From NCBI RefSeq assembly GCF_963921235.1, contig NC_086097.1:58282001-58346000 (forward strand): a stretch of 64,000 nucleotides of DNA, given 5' to 3'. This document shows positions 61,956 to 64,000 of the stretch, piece by piece (position 1 is the first letter of the stretch; every line of letters begins with the position of its first letter). A program made the position numbers and the translations under genes. Under the pieces are notes generated by a model. The model made no database searches. It was given only the letters and a program-made list of their open reading frames with translations, and was not told the origin of the DNA. The DNA comes from Mobula hypostoma. Its lineage: Eukaryota.

Positions 61956-63270
61956 TCTATATACTACTAAAACTCTCATGCTCTGTTTATCTGTTGGTGA
62001 CCTCCAGTTAGCGCAAACGGTGCATTACAGCGGCAGTATTTTTGGCTAAATCGACTTAAAATATGCAAACTTACAGAATGCAGGCAAAGTTCAGGGTTAT
62101 ATATTCGTATAAAGTTGCTCACTTGCCAAAATCAACAGCCTCGCTTTCACCGAAGTGCCGATGTCAGCCATGATGGAAACCGTGACTTGACAGTACGACG
62201 CATGCGCACGGCCAGCCTCAGAAGCAACTCACGATGCTCACGGTAGCGACACCAACCAGAACAAAAGGGCAGGGCAGCTCTATTTCAAGTGGTCACTTTC
62301 TGCTCATCACCCTCAGCATGTGCAGGATTGGGACAGATCAAACTGAGACCCATCAATAAGAGATGATTAAATATTACTGTAATGATGTATTTCAAGACAC
62401 CCATCAAACCCTTTACTGCAGTCAAAGGACAGCAGTGACTATATCACATCCATTTAGGAGAGCGCCAACCACATCATCAAGAATAATCAGCATCCTGGAG
62501 GTTTTCGTGTTACTGCTTCGTATCTTCTATCCAGCATTAGGGTGAAAATATATGGTCAACCTAATTATGCCGCGTGGAAAGAGGAGGGGGACAATATGGT
62601 CAAGAGATGACGCCAAGCGATGTTGGGAAGCAGCAAGGAGAGGGAGAGAAGAATTGGATGAGGCCAGGGCCGCATGACTCCAGGATCAAAGAGTCAGGAC
62701 AAAAAAGATGAGAGAAGAAGAGACAGAGGAGGAGAGGCATGCACGTCTCCAAAATGACAACAACTGGCATAGAAGGAGAAGAGACGAAGAGACAGAGGAG
62801 CTGAGAAATGCACGTCTCCAGGATCAGTGACAAAGAACAAACAGCAGAAGAGATGAAGAGACGGGGGATGAAGGGGTTGCATGTCTCCAGAATGACAAAA
62901 ACGGGCACGGGAGGAAGAGACAAAGGAGCAGAGAAATGCATGTCTGCAAGATCAGAGACAAAGAATAAACAGCAGAAGAGATGAAGAAGTGGCAGATGAA
63001 AGGACTGCATGTCTCCAGAATGACAACGAGAGGCGCAAGGGTGGCAGATTAACCAGAAATGATGCCATCAAAAGTGTCCTTCATTAAACGAGGAGGAGCT
63101 ATATTTGCCTTGCTACGGGTCGTTCTTTAATAAACTGAGGTTTTCTTCTTCAATTTCCAAAGCAAAGCGATACGAATAGCATTCAGGAAAATTTAATGTT
63201 CATTCTGGTCACATCAGACTGCACTACCCTTCTCTCAAAGGGTGCCCCAACGGGTCACCCCGTTGTCTAG
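61956..63270 (+). mobile_element. Non-autonomous Helitron
   Basis: 5' A|TCTATATACTACTAAAA, 3' hairpin CAACGGG-TCAC-CCCGTTG (63248-63265), then CTAG|T. No TSD, inserted between A and T. Internal decayed ORF from ATG 62567 has 23-aa repeats. Confidence 0.85.
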
Positions 63271-63804
63271 TTAAGTTATAAAATTATTCAGCTCATGCAG
63301 GAAGCATGGAATTTACTTGTCTTATTGTATGTGCAGGCTGTTGAAATGGTGGTGCAGATTTTTCCAATCAAGAATGCATATAGTTTTTCTATGAAAGTCA
63401 ATTAACGCAATCATACTGGATTCAATTTCTGTCACGTTTTCATCACAAGAAATTCTCTTCATTTCATCCCAGAATTTTTTTTTCCATTACCCTTTTTAAA
63501 ACTGATGCTCTCTAATTACTGATCCTTTGTCAGTGTAAATAGTTTCTACTTGCCAACCCTCTTAATTGTATTAAGTGCACGCTAGAATTCAATAACAGGA
63601 TACGTTGATTTTTTTTTGAATAATGGTAGTATTTACTATTAAGCAGCTTAATTTTTTGTCATATAATGCACCAGTCTTGTTGAAGTCTTGTCTGTCTGTC
63701 TCCATTTTTATTAAGAAATGATTGCAGGTAGCATAGCAGTAAGTTGGAATAATTGCAATGGAGTCGAAAACAATTTTAAAGACAAAATGGCTTCCCTGTT
63801 ACAG

Positions 63805-63950
63805 AGCAACACACGCAAAATGCTGGAGGAACTCTGCAGGACAGACAGCATCTATGGAAAAGCGCAAACATTCAATGTTTTGAGCCGTGACCCTTCATCA
63901 GGATTATGTGTGTTGCTTTAGATTTCCAGCATCTGCAGATTTTCTTGTGT
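63805..63950. mobile_element. Penelope-derived short foldback repeat
   Basis: CAAAATGCTGGAGGAACTC...CAGCATCTATGG...GACCCTTCATCAGG, then TGTGTGTTGC...TTTCCAGCATCTGCAG. Confidence 0.75.
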
Positions 63951-64000
63951 TTGTGATTCCTTACTACAAGTTAGTTTTGGAGGAAGGGGTAAAAGCTTTT

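Noticed and set aside
62600..63010. Minus-strand hydrophobic ORFs of 136 and 62 aa as membrane proteins
   Set aside because: They are antisense shadows of the purine-rich STPR-like repeats on the + strand.
1..64000. Remaining 60-130 aa ORFs in the track
   Set aside because: They are transposon fragments, their antisense frames, or chance ORFs in AT-rich DNA with no recognisable domain.

Overview
This is repeat-dense vertebrate DNA. It is most likely from a cartilaginous fish; I infer that from the HE1/V-SINE-like, DeuSINE-like, CR1, Rex1/Babar and Penelope repeats. I found no intact host protein-coding exon. The window holds many decayed CR1 and Rex1/Babar LINE fragments, an RTE LINE split by a young CR1, a Tc1 transposon, an R4/Dong-like restriction-endonuclease LINE, two related Gypsy LTR elements, two solo LTRs, a tRNA-derived SINE, a non-autonomous Helitron with STPR-like repeats, and about ten Penelope-derived short elements carrying a minimal hammerhead ribozyme motif. 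A CpG-rich promoter at about 49.1-50.7 kb has two ZNF143/THAP11 motifs and CCAAT boxes, and a probable non-coding first exon ends at 49946. The main finding is a Gypsy element (34716-39878, minus strand) whose RT/RNaseH/integrase region is replaced by an uninterrupted ~188-codon fragment of the splicing factor RBM25. The fragment covers the RRM domain and is in frame with the pol polyprotein, which points to capture of a host mRNA by an LTR retrotransposon. A related Gypsy copy at 59621-61209 shows the normal pol sequence at the same junction. All family assignments come from motif recognition by eye; no database search was run.
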